A stretch of 64,000 nucleotides of DNA from an uncultured delta proteobacterium (GTDB lineage: Bacteria > Desulfobacterota > WTBG01 > CAIYCZ01 > CAIRTM01). Shown here one piece after another: positions 53,948 to 64,000 of the stretch (position 1 is its first letter; every line of letters starts with the position of its first letter). Under the pieces are notes generated by a model. It had not been told where the DNA came from and made no database searches. It saw only the letters and a list, made by a program, of their open reading frames with translations. The position numbers and the translations under genes were made by a program. The stretch is from the NCBI GenBank assembly GCA_963804955.1, contig CAWDSQ010000011.1, positions 1-64,000 on the forward strand. Reading direction: 5' to 3'.

Positions 53948-54138
53948 CAAGCTTAAGCACAGAGGCCCTTCAGGGTATCATTGAGAAATTCATCCTGCGT
54001 GAGGGGACTGATTACGGAGAGAAAGAGATTGAGATCAGCCGTAAAATTGATGCAGTGAAGCGGCAGATTGATTCAGGAAGGGCATATATCATCTTTGACC
54101 CGGAGACAGAGACAACGACCATTCTGGCGTGCTCGTGA
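53916..54138 (+). CDS. YheU (UPF0270) family protein, indel in the 5' part; missed by the ORF track
   Basis: STEALQGIIEKFILREGTDYGEKE...VKRQIDSGRAYIIFD. Confidence 0.8.
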
Positions 54139-54317
54139 CCCTGCGTTCAAAAAGGCGTTTCCCTTCGAAAAAAGGCTGAAAGCTTCAACTGGGCGTGAAA
54201 AATAGACAGCACAGTCTGTCACTGATTTTTTGCAAGTTAATAAACGGCAGTTTGCTTCAGCCTTCATAGAAGCGCTTTCTTATTCTGATGCGGGAGCATT
54301 CAAGCCACAAACAGGCG

Positions 54318-54694
54318 CTACTTCAGGGCCACCAGCACAATGCCGCCGATGATGAAGGCCGTGCCGATGATGCTGTCGCGGTTGATGCGCTCACCGAGAA
54401 ACAGATAGGACGAAAAAAGGATAATGATGTACTGGATGCTGTCCAGCGGGAAGGCCAGGCTCAGCTCGGCTTCTGCCAGCACCAGAAGCCATACGGCCAT
54501 GCCGCAGCATACCACCAGCAGCCCCACCCAGATTTGCGGCTTTGCCAGCACCTGTTTGCAGAAAGCGCAGGTAGCCTTTGATACCGTGCGGATGTGTCCA
54601 TATCGATGCCGTTGACGCCGTGCTTGAAAAACGTATGCGTGCTGGCGCTGCAGATTTCGGCGATCAAGACGAGAAGGAAAATTTTAAGCGTCAT
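54318..54694 (-). CDS. Small EamA/SMR-type membrane protein (ArnE/F-like), indel near 54570
   Basis: WLLVLAEAELSLAFP, LFLGERI. Confidence 0.8.
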
Positions 54695-55108
54695 CGCGCC
54701 GCCTCCTCATGACGGGTGGAGCGGGAAATAAACCAGATGCCGATGATGATGAGGACAATGCCGCTCCAGCGGTACGGAGAAATCTGCTCGCCCGAGAAAC
54801 ACCATGGAAAGTACTGCAACGATAATATAGCTTGTGCTGCCGGTGGGAAAGGCGACGCTCAAGTCAACTTTGGACAGCACCGTTATCCAGAGAAAAAAGT
54901 TTATGACATAGAGCCCCGCCCCGGTCAGAAATCCGGAGCTCCCAAGCAGCTTGCCCATGAATTCAAAAAAATTATGGAAGGTGACATTGTCGATGCCCGT
55001 GGAGAGCGTGCCTTTTTTCCAGAACAGCTCGGCAAATGATTCGATCACATCGGTCATGATGATCATCGCAAGAACAGAAAGTGTGAGTTTGCCTTTTTTG
55101 TTTTCCAT
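54691..55108 (-). CDS. Small EamA/SMR-type membrane protein (ArnE/F-like), indel near 54792
   Basis: WITVLSKVDLSVAFP..S.SY, FLGEQIS..RW.G. Confidence 0.82.
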
Positions 55109-55137
55109 GAGCGTGTTCTTATAAATTTTAAAAATAG

Positions 55138-55165
55138 CAGGGGCGGTTTGCAAACCGCCCCTGCA
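55138..55165. repeat. REP-like hairpin
   Basis: GCAGGGGCGGTTTGCAAACCGCCCCTGC. Confidence 0.6.
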
Positions 55166-55190
55166 TAATCAATGACACAGGATAGCTTAT

Positions 55191-56612
55191 TTATGCGGTC
55201 TGCTTGATGCCCAGCTGCAGGGCCTCTTCAAAAAGCTGCATCGACAGGTCGATTTCCTGCTCTCGTAATATAGAGCGACGGCGCAAGGGTAAAAACGTTT
55301 TTGCAGTAGCCGCCCACATCAAGGATAAGGCCGCGTTTTTTGCCGCCCGCCGTGAGATTGCCTCCAAGCCGATATTGGCAATGGCATCGGTAAGCTTTTT
55401 GTTGGGCGTGTACCCGTCGGCCTCGCACATCTCAACGCGCAGGGCAAGGCCGATGCCGTCAACATCGCCGATCTGTTTATATTTTTTCTGCAGCGCCTTG
55501 AGCTGCTCCACGAAATAGGCGCCTTTTTCCGGCACCGAGCGCTCAAAATCAGACTCCTCAATCAGCTTCATCGTTTCAAGCCCGACTGCAGTGCCCAGCG
55601 AATTGGATGAGAAGGTCGCATGCGTGCAGCCCGGGGGGAACACCTTCGGCTCGATCAGGTCTTCTCGCGCCCAGATGCCCGAGAGCGGGTTGAGGCCGTT
55701 GGTGAGGGCTTTGCCGAACACAATGATATCGGGCGTGACGCCGAAATGCTCGATGGAGCAGAACTTGCCCGTGCGGCAGAACCCCATTTGAATTTCATCG
55801 TCAACAAGCATGATATTGTGCCGGTCAAGAATCTCTTTGAGTTTTTTGAAATAGTCGTTCGGCGGAATCACGTAGCCGCCCGTGCCCTGTACGGCCTCAA
55901 TATAAAATGCGGCAAATTCGGCCGTGTTGGTCTTGGTGTTCAGCACGGACTGATATTCGGTCTCAAAGAGCTTTTCAAACTGCCGCAGGCAGAACATGCC
56001 GCAATCTTCACGCTTTTTTTCATAATGGCAGCGGAAGCAGTACGGATAGGGAATGAACCATGCCCGATCGGCAAAGTGGCCGTAGCGCTCCCGGTAGCGG
56101 TAGCTTGAGGTAATGGCCGAGGCCCCGAGCGTACGGCCATGATAGCCGCCCATGAAGGCAAAGACGAAATTTTTGCCCGTGCGGTTGCGCACCACCTTCA
56201 TGGAATCTTCAACTGCGGCGGCGCCACCCACATTGAAATGAATGCGGCCTTTTTGGCCGAAAGTTTTTTCAATGCGCCGGGCAAGGGCCGCGGCCAGCTC
56301 TATTTTTTCGCGGTGCAGGTACTGGCAGGCAAGCTGGGGCAGCGTGTCTATCTGGCGTTTCAGCGCTTCATTCAGCCGCTGATTGCCGTAGCCGAAGTTG
56401 ACGGCAGAATACCACATCTGCAGATCGAAATATTCCGTTCCCGCTGCGTCGTACAGGCAGTTGCCTTCTGATCGTGTAAAGATATCAAGCTTTTCAGCAT
56501 AATGAACCGTATCGCCCCAGGAGCAGTATTGGGCTTCGAGTTCGAGCAGTTCCTCGTCAGATAGTGGCCGGTCTGTGCTTTCGATGCAGGCGGCGGGGCG
56601 AGTCGGTTTCAT
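55191..56612 (-). CDS. Class III PLP aminotransferase (local indels near the C-terminus)
   Basis: GGYHGRT, IEAVQGTGG, DDEIQMGFCRTG, PDIIVFGKALTNG, THATF; AAGGAG RBS before ATG 56612. Confidence 0.9.
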   Translation of the reverse strand: MKPTRPAACIESTDRPLSDEELLELEAQYCSWGDTVHYAEKLDIFTRSEGNCLYDAAGTEYFDLQMWYSAVNFGYGNQRLNEALKRQIDTLPQLACQYLHREKIELAAALARRIEKTFGQKGRIHFNVGGAAAVEDSMKVVRNRTGKNFVFAFMGGYHGRTLGASAITSSYRYRERYGHFADRAWFIPYPYCFRCHYEKKREDCGMFCLRQFEKLFETEYQSVLNTKTNTAEFAAFYIEAVQGTGGYVIPPNDYFKKLKEILDRHNIMLVDDEIQMGFCRTGKFCSIEHFGVTPDIIVFGKALTNGLNPLSGIWAREDLIEPKVFPPGCTHATFSSNSLGTAVGLETMKLIEESDFERSVPEKGAYFVEQLKALQKKYKQIGDVDGIGLALRVEMCEADGYTPNKKLTDAIANIGLEAISRRAAKNAALSLMWAATAKTFLPLRRRSILREQEIDLSMQLFEEALQLGIKQTA

Positions 56613-57330
56613 CGGTGTACTCCTTGAAGTAGGTGTAAATGTCGCTGAGGTCGTCAAAAGGCTGGCACTGTCCGCCTGTTTCCAAGCAGATGGCGCTGCA
56701 GGGAGCAGCCCCGTTTGGCAAATACCAGGTCTGAGCGGCGGGCCGGGCACAGGTCCGAGAGGCCGTCGCCGATATACACTGCGCTGTTTGCCTGCGAATT
56801 CTGCTCTGGCAAGCGTTTCCGTCTTGCAGTGGCCGCAGCGCATGCACTCGGTGCCTGCATGCGGAAATGACGGTTGCAGGCAATCGCCGTGCATGCGCAG
56901 CGCGTTTGCATGCACGGTAATACCGCTGATGCCGTTATGATCAAGTATGTAGCGGATAATCTGTGTGAAGCTGTCGCTGACGATCACGGGCTCCACGCCG
57001 TGCCTGCGCAGCAGCGCCAGCAGCCTGCCGAATGCAGCGTCGATGTCACGGTTTTCAGGTAGTCATGCAGCTGGGCGCGCTCAACCCTGATGGAGCGAAG
57101 CTGCCCCTCAAGGCACTGGCGTGAGCCGATTTTGCCTTTTTTCCAGGCCTCTTCATAGGCAACCCAGTCGCGGTTGACCGAAAACTGCTCGATAATGCCG
57201 TCAAGCACGTCAAAGTCGGTAATGGTATTGTCGAAATCGAAGAATACCTGGCAGTTACTCAAGACTGAGCGCCTGTTCAGGAGCAGTATCAGGCAGGTTG
57301 CTGTGTGGCAATCGGCCGCGATGGCGTCAT
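56557..57330 (-). CDS. MtnX-like HAD-IB phosphatase (multiple indels)
   Basis: FFDFDNTIT, IVSDSF, HAN, C..CGHCK, YIGDGLSDLC, VFAK. Confidence 0.82.
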
Positions 57331-57374
57331 GGTGTATATCCTTATCATTAGGCTTTTCAGCGCCGGTTATTATT

Positions 57375-58305
57375 TTACTGAAAAAAGCTGTCCATGCTGC
57401 GGGCAACCGTGGCCCGTTCCTGATCGGCGGTAATCACATGATAGCAGTCATCCAGAAGCACTATTTCTTTGAGTGCCGAGCCGATTTTGTCATAAATAAA
57501 GGTGGAGTTGCGTATGCTGGTCATATCGTCATCGCGCGCCTGAATAAGCTGCACCGGCACATTGATGGCAGGCAGCCTTACCGATAAGATGTCCTATCAG
57601 CTTATAGAGCTGATGCAGCAAGGTCAGGGGGAAATACGGATAGCCGTACTCGGCAACGCCCTGCTGGTCGTGGAAGGTTGCGGCAGTATAATATTTATGA
57701 ATGCGCTTCTGCAGGGCTTTGTTTTTGATGCCGTAGGGCGGCTCCTCTTTAAAGTAAGCCACATGCTTGAGCGGTGTTGCATAAAACAGCGGCAGCAGAA
57801 TTTTGGAGTACCAGGGTATGTTCCAGCCGTCATAAAAAAGGGTCGGCGACAGGCAGCTCACGCCCGCCACCTGGCCGGGAAATTCCTCTGCCAGCAGCAG
57901 CGACAGAAGCGCTCCCATGGAAAGGCCCGCGGCAAAGACGGGGCCGTCAAATTCCTGGCGCACCTGCAGAAAAGCCTCGCGCACGGAGGAGTAAAATTCC
58001 TGCCAGCGGGATTTTTTCAGTATGCTCAGGGGCGCCCCGTGATTGGCAAGCCGGGGGCATACGACCGTATAGCCTTTTTTCTTATGGAAAAAGTTTGCCA
58101 GATACCGCATCTCATTGGGCGTGCCGGTCAGGCCGTGTATGAGAAACAGCGTTCCCGTGCCGGTGCCGTTTAAAATGATATGCCCGTCATCGACCGGTGA
58201 AGGCAAAGCGTTTAAAGGTTTTTTTGTGTCAAAGAAAAACTTTACCGCCACTGCACTATCCTTATGCTGATCACTTGTTTGGCTGAAAGCACCCAAGTAA
58301 GACAT
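57375..58305 (-). CDS. Alpha/beta hydrolase (carboxylesterase-like), indel near 57575
   Basis: LIHGLTGTP.E, GLSMG, AR.DD, D.YHVIT.D. Confidence 0.85.
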
Positions 58306-58599
58306 TGCCTTAAAATAACTGAAAACAGTATTAAATGCACATTAAAATAAATTCATATATCCCGCTCTACACAGTGGGCCACGGAGGTCTGCTTATGAAA
58401 CCAAGCAAGTGAAAGGTTTATTTTTCATCTTATATGTTTTTAAATGTGTTTTGAAGTAAAAATTTGCCCGTATTAAAAAAGATTAACTTGAATACAATAT
58501 GTAATTCATTTAAACATAACATTCTAAACATAAAAAATAGCTGCGCCAACAGTGGTTGCTGCATAGGGAGGCTGCATAGGGACTCCACAGGGGAAACGC

Positions 58600-60235
58600 A
58601 TGTGGCCTATCATGAAAAATATAAAAGTTATAGCTTTGCTGACACTGTTCGGCGCCGTTATGCTCGGCAACCTGGGCGGTTGGGAGCTGCAAAGGCGCAG
58701 ATGAGCCACGGTATGCACAGATTGCCCGTGAAATGCGCGAAACGGGCCAGTATATCGTTCCGCATCTCAACGCTGAGATTTATCCTGACAAGCCGCCGCT
58801 GTTTTTCTGGCTCATGGCTCTTGCGGCAGTGCCCTCAGGCGATGTATCGGCTTTCGAGGCACGCCTGCCTGCGGTCCTTGCCGGGCTTGGCCTCATTCTG
58901 CTCACCTATCTGTTTGCAGCCCGGCTTTTTGACTCCGGCACAGGGCTGCTTGCAGCCGGGGTGCTTTTCTGCTGCGAGCAGTTTTTCAGCACCACCACCA
59001 GCTCACATTTCGACACGATACTGGCATTCTGGACAACGCTTAGCCTGCTGCTTTTTTATATCGGCTATACCCGTATCGAAAAGGGGAAACCATATATGCT
59101 CGGGGCCTATGCCGCCATGGGCGGTGCGCTGCTCACGAAAGGTCCCGTTGGGCTGGTCGTACCGCTTGCGTCCATGCTGCTTTTTGTCCTGGCCAGAAAA
59201 GAGTTCGGCCGCATAAAAGACCTGCATATCGGTCAAGGGGCTTATTATCGCCGTGGGCATCATTGCCGCCTGGCTCATTCCCGCATGCATAATGGGGGGC
59301 GACACCTATACGCAGAATATACTTTTTAAGCAGACTGTGGGCCGCACTGTTGAATCTTTCGCGCATAACGAGCCTTTCTATTATTATTTTCTCGGGCTTC
59401 CCTGTTGATTTTCTCCCCTGGAGCTTGTTTGTGCCCGCTGCCGCCATTATTTCTGGAAATACCGCAGCCGGAACAAGGATATACTGCTGCCGCTTGTCTG
59501 GTTTGCTTTTACCTTTGCCATGTTTACTCTTGTTTCCGGCAAGCGCAACCTGTACCTGCTGCCCCTGTATCCGGCAGCGGCCATGCTCATGGCCAAATTT
59601 TTTACTGACTGTATCCGCAGTGATGAGATGTTTGCCAGGCTTTCCCGCTCGAAGCTTTTCATGGTTCCATGCTATATTATAGCCGGTGCTGTTCCTGCTG
59701 CAGGGTTGGCAGGCATTATCATGCTTATCGGCAATATCGGGCCGGTGAAAAACTTGAGGCCGGCAGATGGGTGCTGTTTGTCGCTGCCTGCGCCGCTTGT
59801 GCTGCGGGGGCTGTCTGGTTGCGCAAGCGGCAGGAACTGAAGCTTGTGAGGCGCTTGCCGTATTTGATCGTTGCCTGTACGACGCTTGTGTATGGGCTTT
59901 TTGTGGGCGTTATGCTTCCTGCCTGGCGAGGAAAGGCCGGAGCATGCATTTTGCGAACAATAGCGTAAGACGGTCGGCCCGAGGATAAGCTGTATGCCAC
60001 TTTTTCGCCGTATTTTTTTAATTATTTTCTGCACCGCTACCCGATCCCGGAACTGCGCGATGAGGCGATGATCCGAAAGCTTCTTGATTCGCCGGAGAGG
60101 GTTTACTGCCTTGCAAGGGAAAAAGATTATGCCAGGCTGCCCGATGATATTAAAAGCATGATAACGGTGCTGGAGAAAGAAACGATCGGCCATAAAATTT
60201 TTTACCTGCTTGTCAATACCCCCCCCACACAATGA
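58600..60235 (+). CDS. ArnT/PMT (GT83/GT39-type) membrane glycosyltransferase, several indels
   Basis: DEPRYAQIAREMRETG.Y.VPHLN...YPDKPPLFFW, LTKGPVG, FLPWS, GKRNLYLLP.YPA. Confidence 0.88.
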
Positions 60236-60527
60236 CGGATAATACTTTTAAATCGCTTGCCGTTTTATCTGCGCCTTCAGGTCAGCATGAACACGGCTGT
60301 GGAAACGCTCGTCCGGAAACTGCAGGGGGCCGAGTTGTCTGTATTTACCAGTGAGAAGCGCTATAACCACAAAAGATAGCTTGGTGCTCTCTGTACCCAT
60401 GGCAAGGCTTGTGCTGAACCAGACCGGCAACTGCTTGCCGACGATCCTGGGGCGCGTCCTGTGCTGTTGTATGTCAGGCAGCCCGGAATACGCTGCACAA
60501 CTTTATTGATCAGCAATGGAGCATGCC

Positions 60528-61205
60528 ATGCGCATACTGCTTGTTGAGGATGACAGAAGCGCCTCGCGTTTTTTAAAAAAAGGTCTTACAGAGGTTGGAT
60601 ACATTGTCGACGCGGTTTTTGACGGCGAGGAAGGGCTGTATCTGGCAACATCGCAAGTGTATGATATTATAATCCTTGATGTCATGCTTCCCGAAATGAG
60701 CGGGTTTGAGCTTTTAAAGGCGGCGCGCCGGGCCGGCATTGCGACCCCTGCTATTTTTCTCACGGCTCGTGATGAGAAAAACGATGTGGTGCATGGCCTG
60801 GAGCTGGGCGCTGATGACTATCTTATCAAGCCTTTTTCTTTCCCCGAGCTGCTGGCCCGTATCAAGGCTGTTCTGCGGCGCGGTCAAAAAGAGAGCGAGA
60901 GTTCGCGGCTGACCCTTGCGGATTTGACCCTTAATCTTATATCCCGCACCGCCGAGCGGGCAGGGCAGGTGGTAGAGCTTTCGGGTAAGGAGTTCGCTCT
61001 GCTTGAATACATGATGCGTAATGCAGGGCAGATTCTCACGCGCACCATGATCCTTGAGCGCGTTTGGGGCTATGATTTTGACCCCTCAAGCAATATCATT
61101 GACGTGCACATTAATCGCCTGCGCGGCAAGATAGACGCTGATGCCGCCGTTAAACTCATCAAAACCATTAAGGGCGTGGGCTATGTTCTCAAAGCTGAAG
61201 ACTAG
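60528..61205 (+). CDS. OmpR-family response regulator (CusR/CzcR-like)
   Basis: ILLVEDD, LDVMLP, GADDYLIKPF, VWGYDFD..SNIIDVHI. Confidence 0.95.
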   Translation: MRILLVEDDRSASRFLKKGLTEVGYIVDAVFDGEEGLYLATSQVYDIIILDVMLPEMSGFELLKAARRAGIATPAIFLTARDEKNDVVHGLELGADDYLIKPFSFPELLARIKAVLRRGQKESESSRLTLADLTLNLISRTAERAGQVVELSGKEFALLEYMMRNAGQILTRTMILERVWGYDFDPSSNIIDVHINRLRGKIDADAAVKLIKTIKGVGYVLKAED

Positions 61206-62589
61206 TTTTTTTTCCCGGCTGGATGTACGGCTCACTGTTTCTTCAACGCTCATCCTGCTGGCCCTGGCCCTCGGGCTGTGTGTTTTTTTCTATATGCGGA
61301 TCGAGTACCTTCTGGAAAAGCAGCTCAATCGTATTCTCGCCGATGAAACGCATGAGCTTGCCGATGACATCGTCGAGCATAAGAGCGTTATCATCGGGTG
61401 CCAGATGTTTGAGTCTGACGTGGCGCGGCGAAAATATTATCAATTTGAGTTTCGGGTGCTGTCGGTCGAGGGCATGGTGCTGTATCAGTCGAAAAGGGCG
61501 GGGAAAATGCCGTTCCCCGACCAGGGGCATAAGCGGGAATTCAGCACTGTGCGCGTGCCCGGCAAATCTGTGCCGTATCGCCTGTTCGAGCGGAAAATTA
61601 CCGTTGATGAGGTTTCCGACCTGTATGTGCAGATCGCCACGGAAAAACGGCAGGAGCTGGATTTGCTGGACCGGTTCTATGAAAATTTGCTGCTCGCCTT
61701 CCCTGCCGTGCTGCTTCTGAGCCTGCTGTGCGGCATGATTGCGGCAAACAAACCCCGAAAGATCATCAAAGGCATCGCGTATGTGGCAAGCAGGATTTCA
61801 TCGCACAACCTCCAGGAGCGGCTGCCTGTGCCGCCGGCGTGTGACGAAGTGCAGGAGCTTACCCTGACGATCAACGCCATGATTGACCGGTTGGAAAAGT
61901 CATTCAGCGAGACCAAACAGTTTACCGCCGATGTGTCCCATGAGCTTCGCAATCCGCTTTTTGCTCTCAAGGGCACCATGGAAGTTGCGCTTTCGGAGAA
62001 CCGCGATAGCAGTGAATACCGTGAGACCATGGCTGAATGCCTGGAGCGCATCAATTTTCTCATAAAGATGGTTAATGATCTGTTTTTGATATCGCGCTTC
62101 GAGATGCAGAAGGTTAACCTGGATTTAACCAGTTTTAACATGGGAGAAGTAGTGCGTGATATGCATGAATTCTTTTTGCCCATGGCCCAGGAGAAGCAGC
62201 TGCAGTTTACCTGCGAACAATGCGATGATGTTGTGATATGCGGCGATAGAACGCGCATACTGCAACTGGTGAGCAATCTGCTGGACAATGCCATCAAATT
62301 CACACCTGAAGGCGGGCAGGTAACAACCATGCTCATTACAAACGACTCTGGCGTTGAGCTGCAGGTACGTGACACCGGCATCGGTATTCCCCCGGGCAAA
62401 ATACCGCACATATTTAATCGTTTTTATCAGGTCGATGCATCTCGGTCAGGGCTCGCCCGCGGAACGGGTCTTGGCTTGCAGATCTGCAAGCGTATTGCAG
62501 ATGCTCATGGCGGAACGATCAGCGTTCAACCGAATACGGACAGCGGCGTTACGTTTACCGTTATGCTGCCATCACAGGCAAAGGGTTGA
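61183..62589 (+). CDS. HAMP sensor histidine kinase (CusS/CzcS-like)
   Basis: Two TM segments; FTADVSHELRNP, NLLDNAIKF, DTGIGI, GTGLGL. Confidence 0.95.
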   Translation: MFSKLKTSFFSRLDVRLTVSSTLILLALALGLCVFFYMRIEYLLEKQLNRILADETHELADDIVEHKSVIIGCQMFESDVARRKYYQFEFRVLSVEGMVLYQSKRAGKMPFPDQGHKREFSTVRVPGKSVPYRLFERKITVDEVSDLYVQIATEKRQELDLLDRFYENLLLAFPAVLLLSLLCGMIAANKPRKIIKGIAYVASRISSHNLQERLPVPPACDEVQELTLTINAMIDRLEKSFSETKQFTADVSHELRNPLFALKGTMEVALSENRDSSEYRETMAECLERINFLIKMVNDLFLISRFEMQKVNLDLTSFNMGEVVRDMHEFFLPMAQEKQLQFTCEQCDDVVICGDRTRILQLVSNLLDNAIKFTPEGGQVTTMLITNDSGVELQVRDTGIGIPPGKIPHIFNRFYQVDASRSGLARGTGLGLQICKRIADAHGGTISVQPNTDSGVTFTVMLPSQAKG

Positions 62590-63348
62590 GCGGTTTTATG
62601 CAGCCAAATTCTTTTTTTTACTGCATTGATTTGATCTGCCTGCCGCTGTTGAGACAGCCCGGCAGCAGGGCATAGGCAAGGGAATCAATAGCAAGTTCAG
62701 GGTCAAGTGAGGCCGGGCGGGTATCCATTTAAATTAATTTATACCGGCTCCGATGCGCTGTGCTGTTTTTAGGGGGCTTTTTGTCTCTATAGGTATGGTA
62801 AACCGCCGAGATGAAATAGAGATGAAAATGATATTAAAAAAATTAATGCAAAACAGCCCTCCTGATCCCGAGGGCGCAAATCGCCGAAGGATATCAGAGC
62901 TTGCTGGTATATCCGGCAGTGAGGTTGTTATGGTTTCTGCATTCCGGTTTTAATTGTTCCTCGCCAGTGAAACCCCTTACTTCAAACACTCCGCGTTCCA
63001 CTGCTCGCAAAGCAGAGATGCGCTCAAAAGCCGTATTAATGCTGCCTGCCTTGGATGGAGTTTCAATAGAACCGCCGGCACTGTTTAGCCTGCTTCCATA
63101 ATCCTGATAGTTCACGCGGGTTACAATTTTTTAATTAGCTTTTAACCGGTAATTCATAAAAGCATGCTATATATATAAGCTCTTGATAAACTGCTCCCGC
63201 AACAGGAGACATACTGTGAGGAATTGAACAGTACTGCTTGTTTCTGAGATTATCGTATGTTGTCATTCGGCCGATTGGTTGCCGCAAATAGGTGCATTTG
63301 CGTAAAGTTTTTGTGCATACAGCCGAATTAATTCATATAATTGAAACC

Positions 63349-64000
63349 ATGAAAAATAAAATGCAGCAGAGCAACGACACCTCAGAAACATCAAAATTGG
63401 TACGGCGATTCACCTTTGGTCACCGTTCGGCTGTTCGAGTAGCACTCCCGGTACTGCTGGTTGCGGGCAGTGTTTTGATATTTTTTCTGCCGCAATTTCG
63501 CGAGCAGTTCGGCCGAATTCACGAAATAAGCGAGTATTTATGCAGCTTTGGCTGGGCAGCGCCACTTGTATTTACCTTTGCCGTTGCGGGGCTGGTGGCA
63601 GTCGGCGTGCCGCGGCTGCTTTTGTGCCCTATCGGAGGAATGGCGTTCGGATTCTGGCAGGGCCTGCTCTGGGCGCAGCTCGGCACCATGCTGGGCTATT
63701 ATGCAACATTTCTTTTCGTGCACTGGTGCGGCCGGGATTTTATAGTACGCACATGGCCCCGCCTGAGCCGCTATACCAGATTTTCCCGGAAAAACGGCAT
63801 GATTTCCGTGCTGCTCATCAGGCAGTTGCCGATTACCGGTTTTTATGTAAATTTACTGCTTGGCCTTATGCCGCTGAAACATGCCGATTTTCTGCTGGGC
63901 AGCTTTATCGGCATTCTGCCTGCGGCAGTTCCGGCAACACTCGTGGGGTCAGGAGCCACTGCCTTCTCTTCCGGAGAAAGTAAAATATATGCGTTTCTGG
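63349..64000 (+). CDS. VTT-domain (TVP38/TMEM64/DedA superfamily) protein, runs off the window
   Basis: Open frame: GWAAPLVF, GVPRLLL..GGMAFG.WQG, VLLIRQLP; omitted from the ORF track (no stop codon). Confidence 0.85.
   Translation, partial: MKNKMQQSNDTSETSKLVRRFTFGHRSAVRVALPVLLVAGSVLIFFLPQFREQFGRIHEISEYLCSFGWAAPLVFTFAVAGLVAVGVPRLLLCPIGGMAFGFWQGLLWAQLGTMLGYYATFLFVHWCGRDFIVRTWPRLSRYTRFSRKNGMISVLLIRQLPITGFYVNLLLGLMPLKHADFLLGSFIGILPAAVPATLVGSGATAFSSGESKIYAFL

Noticed and set aside
55191..56996. 601-aa HAD-aminotransferase fusion in the ORF track
   Set aside because: Produced by frameshifts in the upstream phosphatase; a separate RBS and ATG exist at 56612
62753..63115. Short ORFs between the kinase and the VTT gene
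   Set aside because: No RBS or family motif; overlapping alternatives on both strands cannot be resolved

Overview
Chromosomal window from an anaerobic deltaproteobacterium-like organism (Desulfobacterota-type gene content, inferred from selB, AOR, ECF Co/Ni transporter and CTERM-tagged surface proteins). More than 25 otherwise conserved genes are split by single-base indels, which suggests uncorrected long-read consensus errors rather than mass pseudogenisation. Housekeeping genes are smpB, selB, an RluA synthase, a tRNA m6A37 methyltransferase, cysC, glk, a DEAD-box helicase and cbiMQO. Accessory features: a garbled BspA-type LRR surface-protein gene, two type II toxin-antitoxin pairs (one followed by an integron attC site, one between direct repeats) and several nested MITE/REP families. 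Two uncharacterised biosynthetic clusters stand out. (1) 34.3-41.6 kb: peptidase S51 fused to a CysRS C-terminal domain, two Gfo/Idh/MocA oxidoreductases, a FemAB-like GNAT, an MshA-like glycosyltransferase and a PIG-L deacetylase, resembling a mycothiol-like pathway without MshC. (2) 54.3-64 kb: an Arn-like envelope-modification locus with non-canonical enzymes. Also present are two His-less pseudo-phosphorelay proteins, a secreted chelatase-fold protein and a candidate switchable ncRNA. All family calls come from motif recognition by eye; no database searches were run.
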